Shown here: piece after piece, positions 20,328 to 30,771 of the stretch
Layout: each line of letters starts with the position of its first letter
Numbering within the stretch: the first letter of the stretch is position 1
Assembly: GCA_038922795.1 (NCBI GenBank)
Contig: JBCKWI010000005.1
Coordinates: 1-54,142 of the forward strand
Reading direction: 5' to 3'
Length of the DNA: 54,142 bases
Origin: Gammaproteobacteria bacterium
Lineage (GTDB): Bacteria > Pseudomonadota > Gammaproteobacteria > Eutrophobiales > Eutrophobiaceae
Translations under genes and position numbers: made by a program
Notes under the pieces: generated by a model
Told to the model about the DNA's origin: nothing
Seen by the model: only the letters and a program-made list of their open reading frames with translations
The model's database searches: none

Positions 20328-21059
20328 CTAACGCAGATCACCCCACATCACCTGACAGGCAGTGATTGCGGCCAGTGCGGCGGTCTCGGTTCGCAGGATA
20401 CGCGGACCGAGGGAAATGGCCTGATAACCATGCTGCACGGCAAGGGCGACTTCAGTACCACTAAAACCACCCTCTGGTCCTGCCAGTAGGGTTACCCGGT
20501 CCTGTTTACTTTTTAACTGGCTTATTTGCATGGATGTCCCCGGCTGCAGGATTAACTTTACTTCGTTGGCATCAACATCAACCCATTCATCCAATTCCTG
20601 TGTAAGAGTCAAGGATGGGATCTGGTTGCGGCCGCATTGTTCACAGGCATTGATAATAATCTTCCCCCAGTGTTCATGCCGTTTTTGTTTTTTCTCATCA
20701 TCCAGTTTGACATTGGTATATTGGCATAACACCGGGACAATCTGCTGCACACCCAATTCAACGGCCTTTTGCAAAGTATAATCCATGCGTTCGCCACGTG
20801 AGACCCCCTGCACCAGGGTGATTGCCAATGGTGATTCACATTCGTCAGGATGATGATCACCTGTTACAACCTCAACGCTGCGTTTGTCTATTCTGGTGAT
20901 GGTGGCGTCGAAATATCCGCCCCGGCCATCAAACAGATGTAAAGACTGTTCAACCTCCATGCGAAGGACCTTGCTGACATGATGTGCGGCATCATCTGAT
21001 AACAGGCAGCCTGTGTTTTCAGCAAGCGCCCGCTCAAGATAGATTCTCGGAATACGCAT
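20328..21059 (-). CDS. rsmE: 16S rRNA m3U1498 methyltransferase
   Basis: GPEGG, LGPRILRTETA. Confidence 0.97.
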   Translation of the reverse strand: MRIPRIYLERALAENTGCLLSDDAAHHVSKVLRMEVEQSLHLFDGRGGYFDATITRIDKRSVEVVTGDHHPDECESPLAITLVQGVSRGERMDYTLQKAVELGVQQIVPVLCQYTNVKLDDEKKQKRHEHWGKIIINACEQCGRNQIPSLTLTQELDEWVDVDANEVKLILQPGTSMQISQLKSKQDRVTLLAGPEGGFSGTEVALAVQHGYQAISLGPRILRTETAALAAITACQVMWGDLR

Positions 21060-21061
21060 AA

Positions 21062-22408
21062 TTATAGTGTCGCCCGTGCTATTCCGGCTTTGGCAACTTC
21101 TGCGACCTTGGCGATCTCATCCGGTGTAATCACATAGGGAGGCATGAGATAAACCACATTCCCTATCGGCCGTAACAGCACACCTTGAGTGAGCGCATAT
21201 TGATATACCGTCAGACCACGGCGTTCCTGCCACGGGAAAGGTGTGCGGGATTTTTTATCCTTAATCATTTCAATGGCGAGGATCATGCCCTGTTGCCGCA
21301 CTTCCGCGACATGTGGATGATCTGCGAGATCAGCCGTCAAATCATGCATGCATTTTGATAATACCTTGTTATTTTCAAGTACCGGCTGTGTGGCAAAGAT
21401 ATCCAGTGTGGCCAGGGCCGCACTGCAACCCAGGGGATTGCCGGTATAACTGTGTGAATGCAGAAATGCCGTCAGGTTTTCATAATCATCATAAAACGCC
21501 TGATAGATCTCATCAGTCGTGAGTGTGACTGAAAAAGGCATGTAACCCCCGGTCAGCCCTTTGGACAAACACAGGAAGTCGGGGGATATATCTGCCTGCT
21601 CGCAGGCAAACAGGGTCCCGGTCCTGCCAAAACCAACTGCAATCTCATCCGCGATCAAATGCACATCATACTTATCACAGGCTGCCCTTAACAAAGACAG
21701 ATACACTGGATGATACATGCGCATATAACCTGCGCATTGCACCAGGGGTTCCACAATCACGGCACATACTTCATCGGCATACTGCTTCAGAATTGCCTCC
21801 ATGCTGGTAAAACAAGCTCTTGAATGCGCTTCCCAACTAACTCCAGGTTCACGATCAAAACAATCAGGAGACTTTGCAAAGATCGTATCCAGTAATAACG
21901 GCGCATAGGTTTCTTTATAAAGCGGTACGTTGCCAACTGATAAAGCACCGATTGTCTCACCGTGATAACTGTTTTCCAGACTGATAAACCTTGTTTTATT
22001 ATGCTGCCCCTTATTACGCCAATAATGAAAACTCATTTTTAATGCGACTTCCACCGCGGAGGAACCGTTATCAGCGTAAAAACAGCGGCTGAGACCCGGC
22101 GGTGTAATGCTGATCAGTTTTTCCGAAAGTATCACAGCCGGCTCATGGGTAAATCCGGCAAAGATGACATGTTCCAGTTGGTCCAGTTGCGACTTGATAG
22201 CTGCATTGATTTGCGGATGGCAGTGGCCAAAGATATTCACCCACCAGGAACTGATGGCATCGATATAACGGTTGCCGTCCATATCCTCTATCCATACGCC
22301 TGAGCCCTTGCGTATCGGTATCAGCGGCAAGGTTTCGTGATCCTTCATCTGTGTGCAGGGATGCCAGACCACGGATAAATCGCGTCCGGTAAAATCAGAA
22401 TTCACCAT
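21062..22408 (-). CDS. bioA: Adenosylmethionine-8-amino-7-oxononanoate aminotransferase
   Basis: WHPCTQM, SSWW, DEIAVGFGRTG, KGLTGG. Confidence 0.95.
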   Translation of the reverse strand: MVNSDFTGRDLSVVWHPCTQMKDHETLPLIPIRKGSGVWIEDMDGNRYIDAISSWWVNIFGHCHPQINAAIKSQLDQLEHVIFAGFTHEPAVILSEKLISITPPGLSRCFYADNGSSAVEVALKMSFHYWRNKGQHNKTRFISLENSYHGETIGALSVGNVPLYKETYAPLLLDTIFAKSPDCFDREPGVSWEAHSRACFTSMEAILKQYADEVCAVIVEPLVQCAGYMRMYHPVYLSLLRAACDKYDVHLIADEIAVGFGRTGTLFACEQADISPDFLCLSKGLTGGYMPFSVTLTTDEIYQAFYDDYENLTAFLHSHSYTGNPLGCSAALATLDIFATQPVLENNKVLSKCMHDLTADLADHPHVAEVRQQGMILAIEMIKDKKSRTPFPWQERRGLTVYQYALTQGVLLRPIGNVVYLMPPYVITPDEIAKVAEVAKAGIARATL

Positions 22409-22477
22409 ATGACCCAAATCGGTAATATTAATCTGCTATGATAACTAAAGGAACCGATGATGTAATCAGAGTCAAGC

Positions 22478-22795
22478 ATGCGGGTATTCAAGGCAAAATT
22501 CACGGTCGGGCAGTTGGTGATTCACAACTTGTTCAACTACCGGGGTGTTATTGTAGATGTCGATCCGGGCTATCAGGGCACTGAGGAATGGTATAACCAG
22601 ATTGCCCTGACCCGCCCGCCTGTAGATAAGCCCTGGTATCGCGTACTGGTGCATAATGCATCCTATGAAACCTATGTGGCCGAACGCAACCTGGATATTG
22701 ATGATTCACAAACCCCGGTCAACAACCCCTTGCTGGAAGAATATTTTGATGAGTTTGTGGAAGGCCGGTATGTCACCCACCACCGGAGTAATTAA
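22478..22795 (+). CDS. hspQ: Heat shock protein HspQ (YccV-like)
   Basis: KFTVGQLV.H..F.YRGVIVDVDP, PWY, YVAERNL. Confidence 0.9.
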   Translation: MRVFKAKFTVGQLVIHNLFNYRGVIVDVDPGYQGTEEWYNQIALTRPPVDKPWYRVLVHNASYETYVAERNLDIDDSQTPVNNPLLEEYFDEFVEGRYVTHHRSN

Positions 22796-22832
22796 TTTTA
22801 ACCTGTTTGACTAAATTCATTGTATAAAATTA

Positions 22833-22924
22833 CCCTCACCCTTAGCCCCTCTCCCGGAGGGAGAGGGAAATATTATTTTAGTAATTCATTGAAGCCCCTC
22901 TCCTTCCGGGAGAGGGGGTGAGGG
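22833..22924. repeat. Palindromic REP-like pair (CCCTCTCCC type) between convergent genes
   Basis: Two CCCTCTCC...GGAGAGGG hairpins enclosed by CCCTCACCC/GGGTGAGGG. Confidence 0.8.
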
Positions 22925-22931
22925 AATGTTC

Positions 22932-23408
22932 TCATCCAAGTATCCTGGCAATCAATTGGTCCTCCAGCTCTACGCGGGCTGCCAGTATCATCCCCAGGCT
23001 TGATAAATCATTGGTCAGATTGGCGTGATGGTTTTTATTACCGGTGCTATATTTTTCGCTAAATTCCAGCGCCTGTTGTGTAGACTGTGCAATCTGTGGA
23101 TAAATATTCTTTGCAATACTGGCAACGTCCTGACGTCTCTCCTTGCCTTGGGCAATCCTTTCATATAATCCGAAATGACCCGCCGCAACATAGTCAACAA
23201 CAACCTCGCAAATTTCTACAAGCAATTCCTCATCCTGGGGCTCCAGACTGTCAGCATCCAGATTTGAGGCCTGCAGCAACAACGCAAACAATTGCCGGCG
23301 TTCCGCCAGCATATGTTCAATCTGTTGCCTGGCTGCATTGCGTCTTTCTGTAGATTTACCAGATAGCATAGCTGTTTCCCTTGTATTATCCCGTATGTTC
23401 TTTTTCAT
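22932..23408 (-). CDS. rsd: Rsd/AlgQ anti-sigma70 family regulator
   Basis: LAERRQL, VDYVAAGHFGLYE, R.ELEDQLI; start uncertain (23408 or 23369). Confidence 0.88.
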   Translation of the reverse strand: MKKNIRDNTRETAMLSGKSTERRNAARQQIEHMLAERRQLFALLLQASNLDADSLEPQDEELLVEICEVVVDYVAAGHFGLYERIAQGKERRQDVASIAKNIYPQIAQSTQQALEFSEKYSTGNKNHHANLTNDLSSLGMILAARVELEDQLIARILG

Positions 23409-23434
23409 CAGTGTCAAGGTTCTCTAATGACAAT

Positions 23435-24106
23435 TTAAAACGGATCGTCCGGCCTCCAGCCATTTTCCCACACTGGCAAAGGCACTATAAATGGAGGCTC
23501 CCCATTATCCAGAAACCAGGAGTCAACAGCAAAATATTTTCCACTCCCTTTTTCACGGATTACAGCCGTAAAATGCGGCACCTGGAAGCTGCCAATGCCA
23601 CGGCTGACGCGATGATCCACTGTATACCATTTCAGCAAATTATCAGTCTGGAGCATGGTCAGATATGATGATGTGTTGGTTGCTTCGTCAACACAATCCA
23701 TCTGACCTTCCTCACCCATGCCTGCAAAATTCCCGGCCTTGTCGTTAGAAGTGCCGGTCATCTCACCTGCCATGATTTCAAGCAAGGCAATGGCTTCACG
23801 GATTTGCTCACGTTCCTGTCCGGCGGAAACAGCAGATGGACTGAATATCGGCCTGATCCTGTGCCATTCATTATCGGTCAGGGCAAGTACAGCAAAGTAT
23901 TGGCAGGTATGCCCGTAACATATAGAAAAGCTGGAATATTCAGGGCGAGTGACAAATCCTGATTCCAGGACATGAATAATATCATTATTATTACTTATCA
24001 GATTTATCAGGGGTGCAGTATTATTGTCACCAGTATTCACGGCATGACAACCGTATAATTGGTATCCAATAATTAAAATAAACAGTATTCTCTTGTTTTT
24101 AAACAT
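23435..24106 (-). CDS. Conserved Cys-containing lipoprotein
   Basis: Lipobox-like YGC; CYGHTC, GQMDCVDE, H.TAVI, AVDSWF. Confidence 0.75.
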   Translation of the reverse strand: MFKNKRILFILIIGYQLYGCHAVNTGDNNTAPLINLISNNNDIIHVLESGFVTRPEYSSFSICYGHTCQYFAVLALTDNEWHRIRPIFSPSAVSAGQEREQIREAIALLEIMAGEMTGTSNDKAGNFAGMGEEGQMDCVDEATNTSSYLTMLQTDNLLKWYTVDHRVSRGIGSFQVPHFTAVIREKGSGKYFAVDSWFLDNGEPPFIVPLPVWENGWRPDDPF

Positions 24107-24135
24107 AAATAATTTGACGGCATAAAATCCATTTT

Positions 24136-25530
24136 ATGGAAATACCCGGTTATCAAATCGACAAAATGATAGGCAAAGGAGGCATGGCGACGGTTTACCG
24201 CGCCACACAAACATCCCTTTCCAGACCGGCTGTTCTAAAAGTACTCAACATCTCCGGAGAGACTAATCACTCAAATCTGATTGACCGTTTCCTTGCTGAA
24301 GGCCGCATTGTTGCCTCTCTAAATCATCCAAACATCATCACCATATATGATATTGGTGTTACTGATGATAACGCCTTATATATTTCGATGGAATATATTG
24401 AGGGCGGAGATCTCAAGGCCCGTATGGGTATTCCCATGTCTCCGGAAGAAGCGCTGGATATCCTGATCAAAATCGGCAAGGGCCTTAAAACTGCACACGA
24501 ACGTGGCGTCATCCATCGGGATGTGAAACCGGCAAACATCCTGTTCCGCGATGATGGCACACCATTACTCACTGACTTCGGGATCGCCAAACAAGTTGGT
24601 AACGATCTCGATCTCACATCGACCGGGGTGTTCCTGGGTAGCCCGAACTATGTCAGCCCGGAGCAGGCCGATGGTAAAGAGATTGACGGCAGAACGGATA
24701 TTTACAGTCTCGGCTGTATTTTTTACGAGATGCTGACAGGAGAAAAGCCCTTCAAATCGGAAACATTATTTGATGTTATCAATCAACACAAGAATACCCC
24801 GATTCCATTGTTACCGGCAGACATTCAGGAGTGTCAGCCTCTGCTCAACCTGATGATGGCCAAATCTCCGCATGAACGTTTTACAAATGCCGGTGAGATG
24901 ATTGAATACATAACAAGGCTGCGGAAAAAACTTAAACCCTCACTGAGCACGGTGGATTTTGACATTACGATTTCACCGGGCATACCTGTCAGCAAAAATA
25001 AACGCGCTTTTATAATACTGATGGTGTTGCTTGCCATATCGTCGATCTTCTTCGTTGCGTTGCAGTATATTGATATTAAATTCAAGCGCCCGGCTGTGAA
25101 TCTTGATGCCGTTTCCGTGGAAACCACAGTAAGTGAGGGTTTCACAATGAGTCCATCAGCAGCTACAGAGAATTCCGAACCGGTATCAGAAGATGTGGTC
25201 AACGCCCTGATCTGGCTGGGCAACCAGAGTCTTGAGGAATATAAACTCACTTATCCACCCAAAGACAACGCGTATTATTATTTTTCACGATTGCTGGAGA
25301 TCAACCCGCAAAGTGAAATTGCGCGCCGCGGCATACTCGATATCGCGGATCGTTACGCCCAGCTGGCAGAAAAAGCGCTTGCGGCAAATGACTACAGCAA
25401 AACACAGGCCTATATCGATATAGGATTAAAAATTAATCCCCGCAATGCGACATTACTGTCATTGCAGCAGTTGAGCGAAGAAACAAGACAAAAATCATTT
25501 ATAGAGATACTAAAAGGGGTTTTTAATTAA
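24136..25530 (+). CDS. Hanks-type Ser/Thr protein kinase with TM segment and TPR-like C-terminus
   Basis: GKGGMATVY, HRDVKPAN, DFG, SPE, DIYSLG. Confidence 0.93.
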   Translation: MEIPGYQIDKMIGKGGMATVYRATQTSLSRPAVLKVLNISGETNHSNLIDRFLAEGRIVASLNHPNIITIYDIGVTDDNALYISMEYIEGGDLKARMGIPMSPEEALDILIKIGKGLKTAHERGVIHRDVKPANILFRDDGTPLLTDFGIAKQVGNDLDLTSTGVFLGSPNYVSPEQADGKEIDGRTDIYSLGCIFYEMLTGEKPFKSETLFDVINQHKNTPIPLLPADIQECQPLLNLMMAKSPHERFTNAGEMIEYITRLRKKLKPSLSTVDFDITISPGIPVSKNKRAFIILMVLLAISSIFFVALQYIDIKFKRPAVNLDAVSVETTVSEGFTMSPSAATENSEPVSEDVVNALIWLGNQSLEEYKLTYPPKDNAYYYFSRLLEINPQSEIARRGILDIADRYAQLAEKALAANDYSKTQAYIDIGLKINPRNATLLSLQQLSEETRQKSFIEILKGVFN

Positions 25531-25543
25531 TCACGAATTATAT

Positions 25544-26006
25544 TGTCATTTCGAATGAACGTGAGAAATCCAGAAATTTAATCTTATTTGTATTGACTCA
25601 GATTCAAGCTGGCATTGTGTGTCAGATCATCATGCTTGGAGACATAGTGAACAATTCAAATTGGCCAGTTAAAGACATTGACGAAACTGGCTCTCCGCCA
25701 TGCTGGACTGGTTGACCTCCATGGATGGAGGAAATGCATAAGGATTGTCGAACAATCCATGCCCAGCATCCAGTCGATTAAAAGTTTTTACATTTTTAGA
25801 CTAGATTACATCCTTCGCTCCGTTAGCGGCACATCCGTGTGCCACTCCTCTGGCAGGAGTTTATACCCGGAGGGTGCCAGAATGACGGGTTGGGTCGATT
25901 TAAGCTGTTCATGACAATATCCGTTTTCGGACACCTATTGTCAGATCGAATCTGAGTCAATACATCTTATTGCAACTACAGATTTCTCACTATGTTCGGA
26001 ATGACA
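25544..26006. repeat. Inverted GTCATTTCGA-N-GAGAAATC REP-like pair enclosing a MITE
   Basis: 25544-25570 and 25981-26006 are inverted copies. Confidence 0.8.
25589..25964. mobile_element. 376-bp non-autonomous element with TGT...ACA ends (IS481/IS3-like) and 7-bp TSD
   Basis: TIR TGTATTGACTCAGATTC / GAATCTGAGTCAATACA; TCTTATT repeated at 25582-25588 and 25965-25971. Confidence 0.8.
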
Positions 26007-26014
26007 GCAATTTG

Positions 26015-26548
26015 TCAATCCATAGACGATGCATCAACACCGATTTTTTCCTTGGACTGCTGTGTCTTCTGTTGTTCCCATTCTAAAATGAGTGCGCGCA
26101 GATTATCTTCATTAAGCTCATTATTTACCGGCATATCTGATTGTTCAGCGGCAGGTTCCGGCAGGGCATTGTCCGGTAAGGCAATTTCTGTTTCGCCCGC
26201 AACCGGTGCAAATGGTTCTTCCTGTAACTGCGCACCTATCTTTAATTTAAGTTGTTCTGCCTGTAGTGCCATTTGCCTGGCCTTTTCCTTATCTTCAGCA
26301 GCTTTAGCCAGTGCCTGTCCGCGTAATTCTTCCCGCGACGAATCAGAGATATTGATACTGGTATCATCAATGACCCTGCCTTTCTCAAAGACGATGACTC
26401 GAGGCCCGTTGTCCGGACTCCTGTACCATGCAGGTGGTTTGCCTGAAAGTTGGGTCGTGCCTGTTTCGGGATCAGTCCATTGATACATGCGCGCCTGAAC
26501 CGGCAGACTTGCCAACAATAAGGCCAGAAATATCAAACGCCTTGTCAT
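26015..26548 (-). CDS. Exported DUF4124-like protein
   Basis: Signal peptide followed by MYQWTDP.TG...S..PP. Confidence 0.75.
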   Translation of the reverse strand: MTRRLIFLALLLASLPVQARMYQWTDPETGTTQLSGKPPAWYRSPDNGPRVIVFEKGRVIDDTSINISDSSREELRGQALAKAAEDKEKARQMALQAEQLKLKIGAQLQEEPFAPVAGETEIALPDNALPEPAAEQSDMPVNNELNEDNLRALILEWEQQKTQQSKEKIGVDASSMD

Positions 26549-26648
26549 ATGATTTATAGCATTGCTTGGTAGACTTGCGGGAATTATAGCACTCTATAAA
26601 ATTAAAATATCCAGCCAGATAATAATACAACAATAACGGGTAACCAGC

Positions 26649-27908
26649 ATGAGTCTATTTGATATCATTGCCATATTAATCACCATCACGGCTATATTCA
26701 GTTATCTGAACTTCCGTTATCTGCGGTTACCGGCCACTATCGGGGTGATGCTGATCAGCCTGGTATTTTCTATAGGCATCATCCTGCTCAAATATGTTGG
26801 CCTTGATTTCACACTACAGGCCGAACATATCCTCAACAGGATTGATTTTGATGCCACCCTGATGCATGGCATGTTGAGCTACCTGTTATTTGCCGGCGCC
26901 CTGCATGTCAACCTTGAAGACCTGGCCAAACAAAAATGGTTGATAGTTTCTCTGGCCACCTTCGGCATCGTGGTCTCTACCTTCATCATTGGCACCCTGA
27001 CCTGGCTGGCACTGGGTATGCTTGGTATGGAAATATCCTACATCTATTGTCTGTTGTTTGGTGCATTAATCTCGCCCACCGACCCGATTGCGGTTTTGGC
27101 CATATTGCGCGGTGCGGGCACCCCCAAATCACTGGAAACAAAGATTACCGGTGAGTCCCTGTTCAATGATGGTGTAGGCGTCGTGGTTTTTATCCTGATC
27201 TCAGGTATTATCATCAGCGGTCAGGACATCACTTTCGGATCTGTCACTACCCTGTTTCTGGAAGAAGCAGTAGGTGGGGCAGCCTATGGACTGATACTGG
27301 GTGGGATCACTTACTGGATGCTCAGACGAGTTGATAATTACCAGGTAGAAATACTCCTGACCCTGGCGCTGGTAACAGGTGGTTATGCCCTGGCAACAGC
27401 CATCCATGTTTCCGGGCCAATTGCCGTTGTGGTCGCGGGACTCATGATCGGTAATCAGGGCAGGTTATTGGCCATGAGCGATATCACCCGCGAGCATCTG
27501 GACACCTTCTGGGAACTCATCGACGAAATTCTGAATGCAATATTGTTTGTATTGATTGGTCTGGAGGTCTTGATTATTCAGTTCGATCTGAATACATCGA
27601 TAGCCGGATTTATTGCTGTTTTCATTGTCCTGCTCGGAAGATTTATCAGTGTCGGTGTACCCATCACTGTTATGCGCAAATACAAGGAATTCAGCCCGCA
27701 TGCTATCAAAATCCTGACCTGGGGCGGTTTGCGTGGAGGCATATCTGTAGCGCTTGCACTTTCTTTACCGGCAAGTCCTGAGCGTGAAGTCATATTGACC
27801 ATTACTTACTTTGTCGTGATCTTCTCCATACTGGTGCAGGGATTGACGATCAGCAAGTTGATCAAGCTTTCAACGAGATCAAGCAAAGGACATGAAGATG
27901 TAATTTAA
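26649..27908 (+). CDS. nhaP: CPA1 Na+/H+ antiporter (NhaP-like)
   Basis: FGALISPTDP, GESLFNDG, WGGLRGGIS. Confidence 0.9.
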   Translation: MSLFDIIAILITITAIFSYLNFRYLRLPATIGVMLISLVFSIGIILLKYVGLDFTLQAEHILNRIDFDATLMHGMLSYLLFAGALHVNLEDLAKQKWLIVSLATFGIVVSTFIIGTLTWLALGMLGMEISYIYCLLFGALISPTDPIAVLAILRGAGTPKSLETKITGESLFNDGVGVVVFILISGIIISGQDITFGSVTTLFLEEAVGGAAYGLILGGITYWMLRRVDNYQVEILLTLALVTGGYALATAIHVSGPIAVVVAGLMIGNQGRLLAMSDITREHLDTFWELIDEILNAILFVLIGLEVLIIQFDLNTSIAGFIAVFIVLLGRFISVGVPITVMRKYKEFSPHAIKILTWGGLRGGISVALALSLPASPEREVILTITYFVVIFSILVQGLTISKLIKLSTRSSKGHEDVI

Positions 27909-27911
27909 AGC

Positions 27912-28725
27912 GTCATTGCGAGCGCAGGTCTACAGGAAGTACAGAATTTCGGTGGAGAGTCTAGCCGGGAGCAGGAACCGGGTCGAACAGGGGGTTGTTT
28001 ACTGGATGCTGGTCGCTACGGACTGACGCATAGGGATATGCTAATGCCGCGATCACAAGGAGGTGAATGAGCGGCCCTGTCCTTTCGCGGCATTTCCCAT
28101 ATCCTATGGGTCGTTTTCACCAGCATGATGGTAAAGATACTTAATCAGAGGTTCCTTAGAACATTCTTCGCGTGCAGGGCACGCTCCTACAGGATGACGA
28201 CCTATGTAGGAGCACGCCCTGCGTGCGACAAAAATCATTCGCGGTAGTGGTCCGCTCCTGCAATGAAGATTTCTCGCTACGCTCGAAATGACAAACTGCG
28301 GTCGAAATGACAAACATTTTCTGTCATTTCGAGCGCAGGTCTACAGGAAGTACAGAATTTCGGTGGAGAGTCTAGCCGGGAGCAGGAACCGGGTCGAACA
28401 GGGGGTTGTTTACTGGATGCTGGTCGCTACGGACTGACGCATAGGGATATGCTAATGCCGCGATCACAAGGAGGTGAATGAGCGGCCCTGTCCTTTCGCG
28501 GCATTTCCCATATCCTATGGGTCGTTTTCACCAGCATGATGGTAAAGATACTTAATCAGAGGTTCCTTAGAACATTCTTCGCGTGCAGGGCACGCTCCTA
28601 CAGGATGACGACCTATGTAGGAGCACGCCCTGCGTGCGACAAAAATCATTCGCGGTAGTGGTCCGCTCCTGCAATGAAGATTTCTCGCTACGCTCGAAAT
28701 GACAAATCATTTTCTGTCATTTCGA
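27912..28725. repeat. 411-bp tandem duplication of a composite REP/MITE cluster
   Basis: 27919-28295 matches 28330-28706; contains a GTAG-type REP pair, an IS5-like TIR and nested ~51-bp modules. Confidence 0.9.
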
Positions 28726-28731
28726 TTACTG

Positions 28732-29451
28732 TCACTCCCCGACACACTGCAAATATGCAGCTTCAAAATTATCCGCCTGATACCTGTTGCAACATTCCTG
28801 GGGAGTTCCTGAAAAACATATATTACCGTCATGCAAAATAATTACCCGGTCACACAGGGCCGCAACATCTTCCAGTAAATGCGTACTGTAAAACAGGGTC
28901 TTGCCTTGTTGTTTCAATTCCAGCAGACGGCGTTTTAACGATGCCCTGGCCCTGGGATCAAGACTGCTCATCGGCTCATCAAACACCATCAATGCCTTAT
29001 TACTTAACAGACAGGCCGCCAGTCCGAGTTTCTGGCCCATGCCCTTGGAATACTGGCGCACCGGCTTGGTCAGTGCGGACAAATCCAGATCAAGGACCTT
29101 CAACATCTCTGTAACCACCACAGCGTCATAGGCCACACCATGCAGATCAGCCATATACTGCAGGAAATTTTCACCAGTTAAATAATAGGGAGGAATAAAC
29201 TTCTCCGGGAGATAGGTAAGCTGTTTACGTGCCTCCGTCTGCCTGTGATCAATGCCGAATATACTGATTGAACCGGCATCGATAGAACAGAAATCCAGCA
29301 GGCATTTAATCAGAGTGGTTTTGCCAGCGCCATTGATGCCAATCAGACCGACATATTCTCCAGCGTCTATGGACAGGCTCACGTCTTTAAGCACATTCTG
29401 CTGGCCAAACTTTTTATTCAGTTTGTCTATTATGATTGAATGGGTCTGCAT
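28732..29451 (-). CDS. ABC transporter ATP-binding protein
   Basis: GINGAGKTT, YSKGMGQK, FDEP, STH. Confidence 0.92.
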   Translation of the reverse strand: MQTHSIIIDKLNKKFGQQNVLKDVSLSIDAGEYVGLIGINGAGKTTLIKCLLDFCSIDAGSISIFGIDHRQTEARKQLTYLPEKFIPPYYLTGENFLQYMADLHGVAYDAVVVTEMLKVLDLDLSALTKPVRQYSKGMGQKLGLAACLLSNKALMVFDEPMSSLDPRARASLKRRLLELKQQGKTLFYSTHLLEDVAALCDRVIILHDGNICFSGTPQECCNRYQADNFEAAYLQCVGE

Positions 29452-29485
29452 GCTTATATTTTGAATATTCCTTTTCACTCCTGAC

Positions 29486-29517
29486 AAAAAGAAAGACCCG
29501 TGTTACCGGGCCTTTCT
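29486..29517 (-). terminator. Intrinsic terminator after the pilin gene
   Basis: AGAAAGGCCCGG...CGGGTCTTTCT followed by a T tract. Confidence 0.7.
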
Positions 29518-29543
29518 CAATTCATACATCCAGATGGGAATTA

Positions 29544-30317
29544 TCAGTACAGAAACACAGCGTTACAAGATGTGTTGTCACTGTCCACATTATAAATGGC
29601 GGCAGCGTCGCCCTCGCCGGTGACGCATACCGGTGTGCCGGTCCAGATCAAGGCGGCGCCCATATCGGTGCCGGTTTCACCCGTGTTTGCTTCTGAAACC
29701 GTCGGGCGCATGACGCCGGTGACCGGGGACCCGTCATCGAGTTTTACATCCAGTTCGCGCAGCATGGAGGGCTGTATGCCGGCACCAAATGCAAACGCCA
29801 GCCGCACTGAGGTTGTACCGACGCCATCATAATCATCAGTGTAGGCCAGCATGATGGCCTGTTGAAAGGCATTGGCCGGCACTGCTATCGGCGTCGCCAA
29901 AACACCACCGAGATAGGTAGCCGCACTTGTTATACCAGCGCCGGTAAAGCTGCCATTCAAAAATCCTGAAGCGGACAAATGGTTCCAGACTGCGCCAGCT
30001 TCGTCCCAATCATCTATACGGCCATTCTGGTCACCGCCAACGCCGTCACCAGGACACCCATTCACTACTGTTCCTATTGCAGCACAGGCTGCAGCGCCGG
30101 GCATATCGCCAGGGATCTGGCGGAAACGGTCGATAAAGCCGAAATATGCGGCCTGAACGCCGGAATTCTGATCCGCCATGTTACGGACGCGGGCGCTGTT
30201 GATTAATTGCTGGCCCTTCAGGATCCCGCCGAGCAGCAGACCGATAATGACCAGCACGATGGCGATTTCCACCAATGTGAAACCGGATTGTTTTCTGGAT
30301 GTATTCATAATCATCAT
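29544..30317 (-). CDS. Type IV prepilin-like protein (likely major pilin)
   Basis: KQSG/FTLVEIAIVLVIIGLL; RBS AGAGGA; has its own promoter and terminator. Confidence 0.88.
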   Translation of the reverse strand: MMIMNTSRKQSGFTLVEIAIVLVIIGLLLGGILKGQQLINSARVRNMADQNSGVQAAYFGFIDRFRQIPGDMPGAAACAAIGTVVNGCPGDGVGGDQNGRIDDWDEAGAVWNHLSASGFLNGSFTGAGITSAATYLGGVLATPIAVPANAFQQAIMLAYTDDYDGVGTTSVRLAFAFGAGIQPSMLRELDVKLDDGSPVTGVMRPTVSEANTGETGTDMGAALIWTGTPVCVTGEGDAAAIYNVDSDNTSCNAVFLY

Positions 30318-30375
30318 AATTTTATTCCTCTGTTTAATAATGGTCATTTTCCTAGATGACACTTGTCTAAAATAA

Positions 30376-30391
30376 GGCATATAATATGCCA
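30376..30391 (-). promoter_or_regulatory. sigma54 (-24/-12) promoter of the pilin gene
   Basis: TGGCATATTATATGC = GG-N10-GC; sigma54 activator encoded at 51557-52999. Confidence 0.6.
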
Positions 30392-30579
30392 ATATTATAT
30401 CTTATTGATAATTATATAGATTGTGCGACTAATATAGGGGTATTCGTCCTGATTTTGACGATCTATCATCAATTATGACGGATTTTCGACACTTTGATGC
30501 ACTGCCAGAAAATTTTTGTCTCTGCCGCAACCTGAAAGATCATAAAATCCGGATTGAGATTTAACCGGTGTTTTCCTGG

Positions 30580-30764
30580 TTAAGGAGCCTCTGATTAAGG
30601 TGTCATTTCGAGCAAAGCGAGAAATCCTTGTCTCGACCAAAGGGACGACCCCATGGACGGGGGAGGTAGAGTTGCGCCGGGAGCAGCAACCGAGAGATCT
30701 CATTAAGATCCCTCACTTCGTTCGGGACGCCTACGGCGAATTTCTCCTTTTAGTCGAAATGACA
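30580..30764. repeat. Composite REP element with one 48-bp module (30646-30693)
   Basis: Reverse-complement homologue of 49846-50079 and 53108-53223. Confidence 0.85.
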
Positions 30765-30771
30765 GAATTTG

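Noticed and set aside
25678-25914. Short ORFs inside repeat clusters (also 9586, 28104, 30600, 33210, 44540, 49834, 53019)
   Set aside because: Translations of palindromic repeats with no transposase or other protein motifs.
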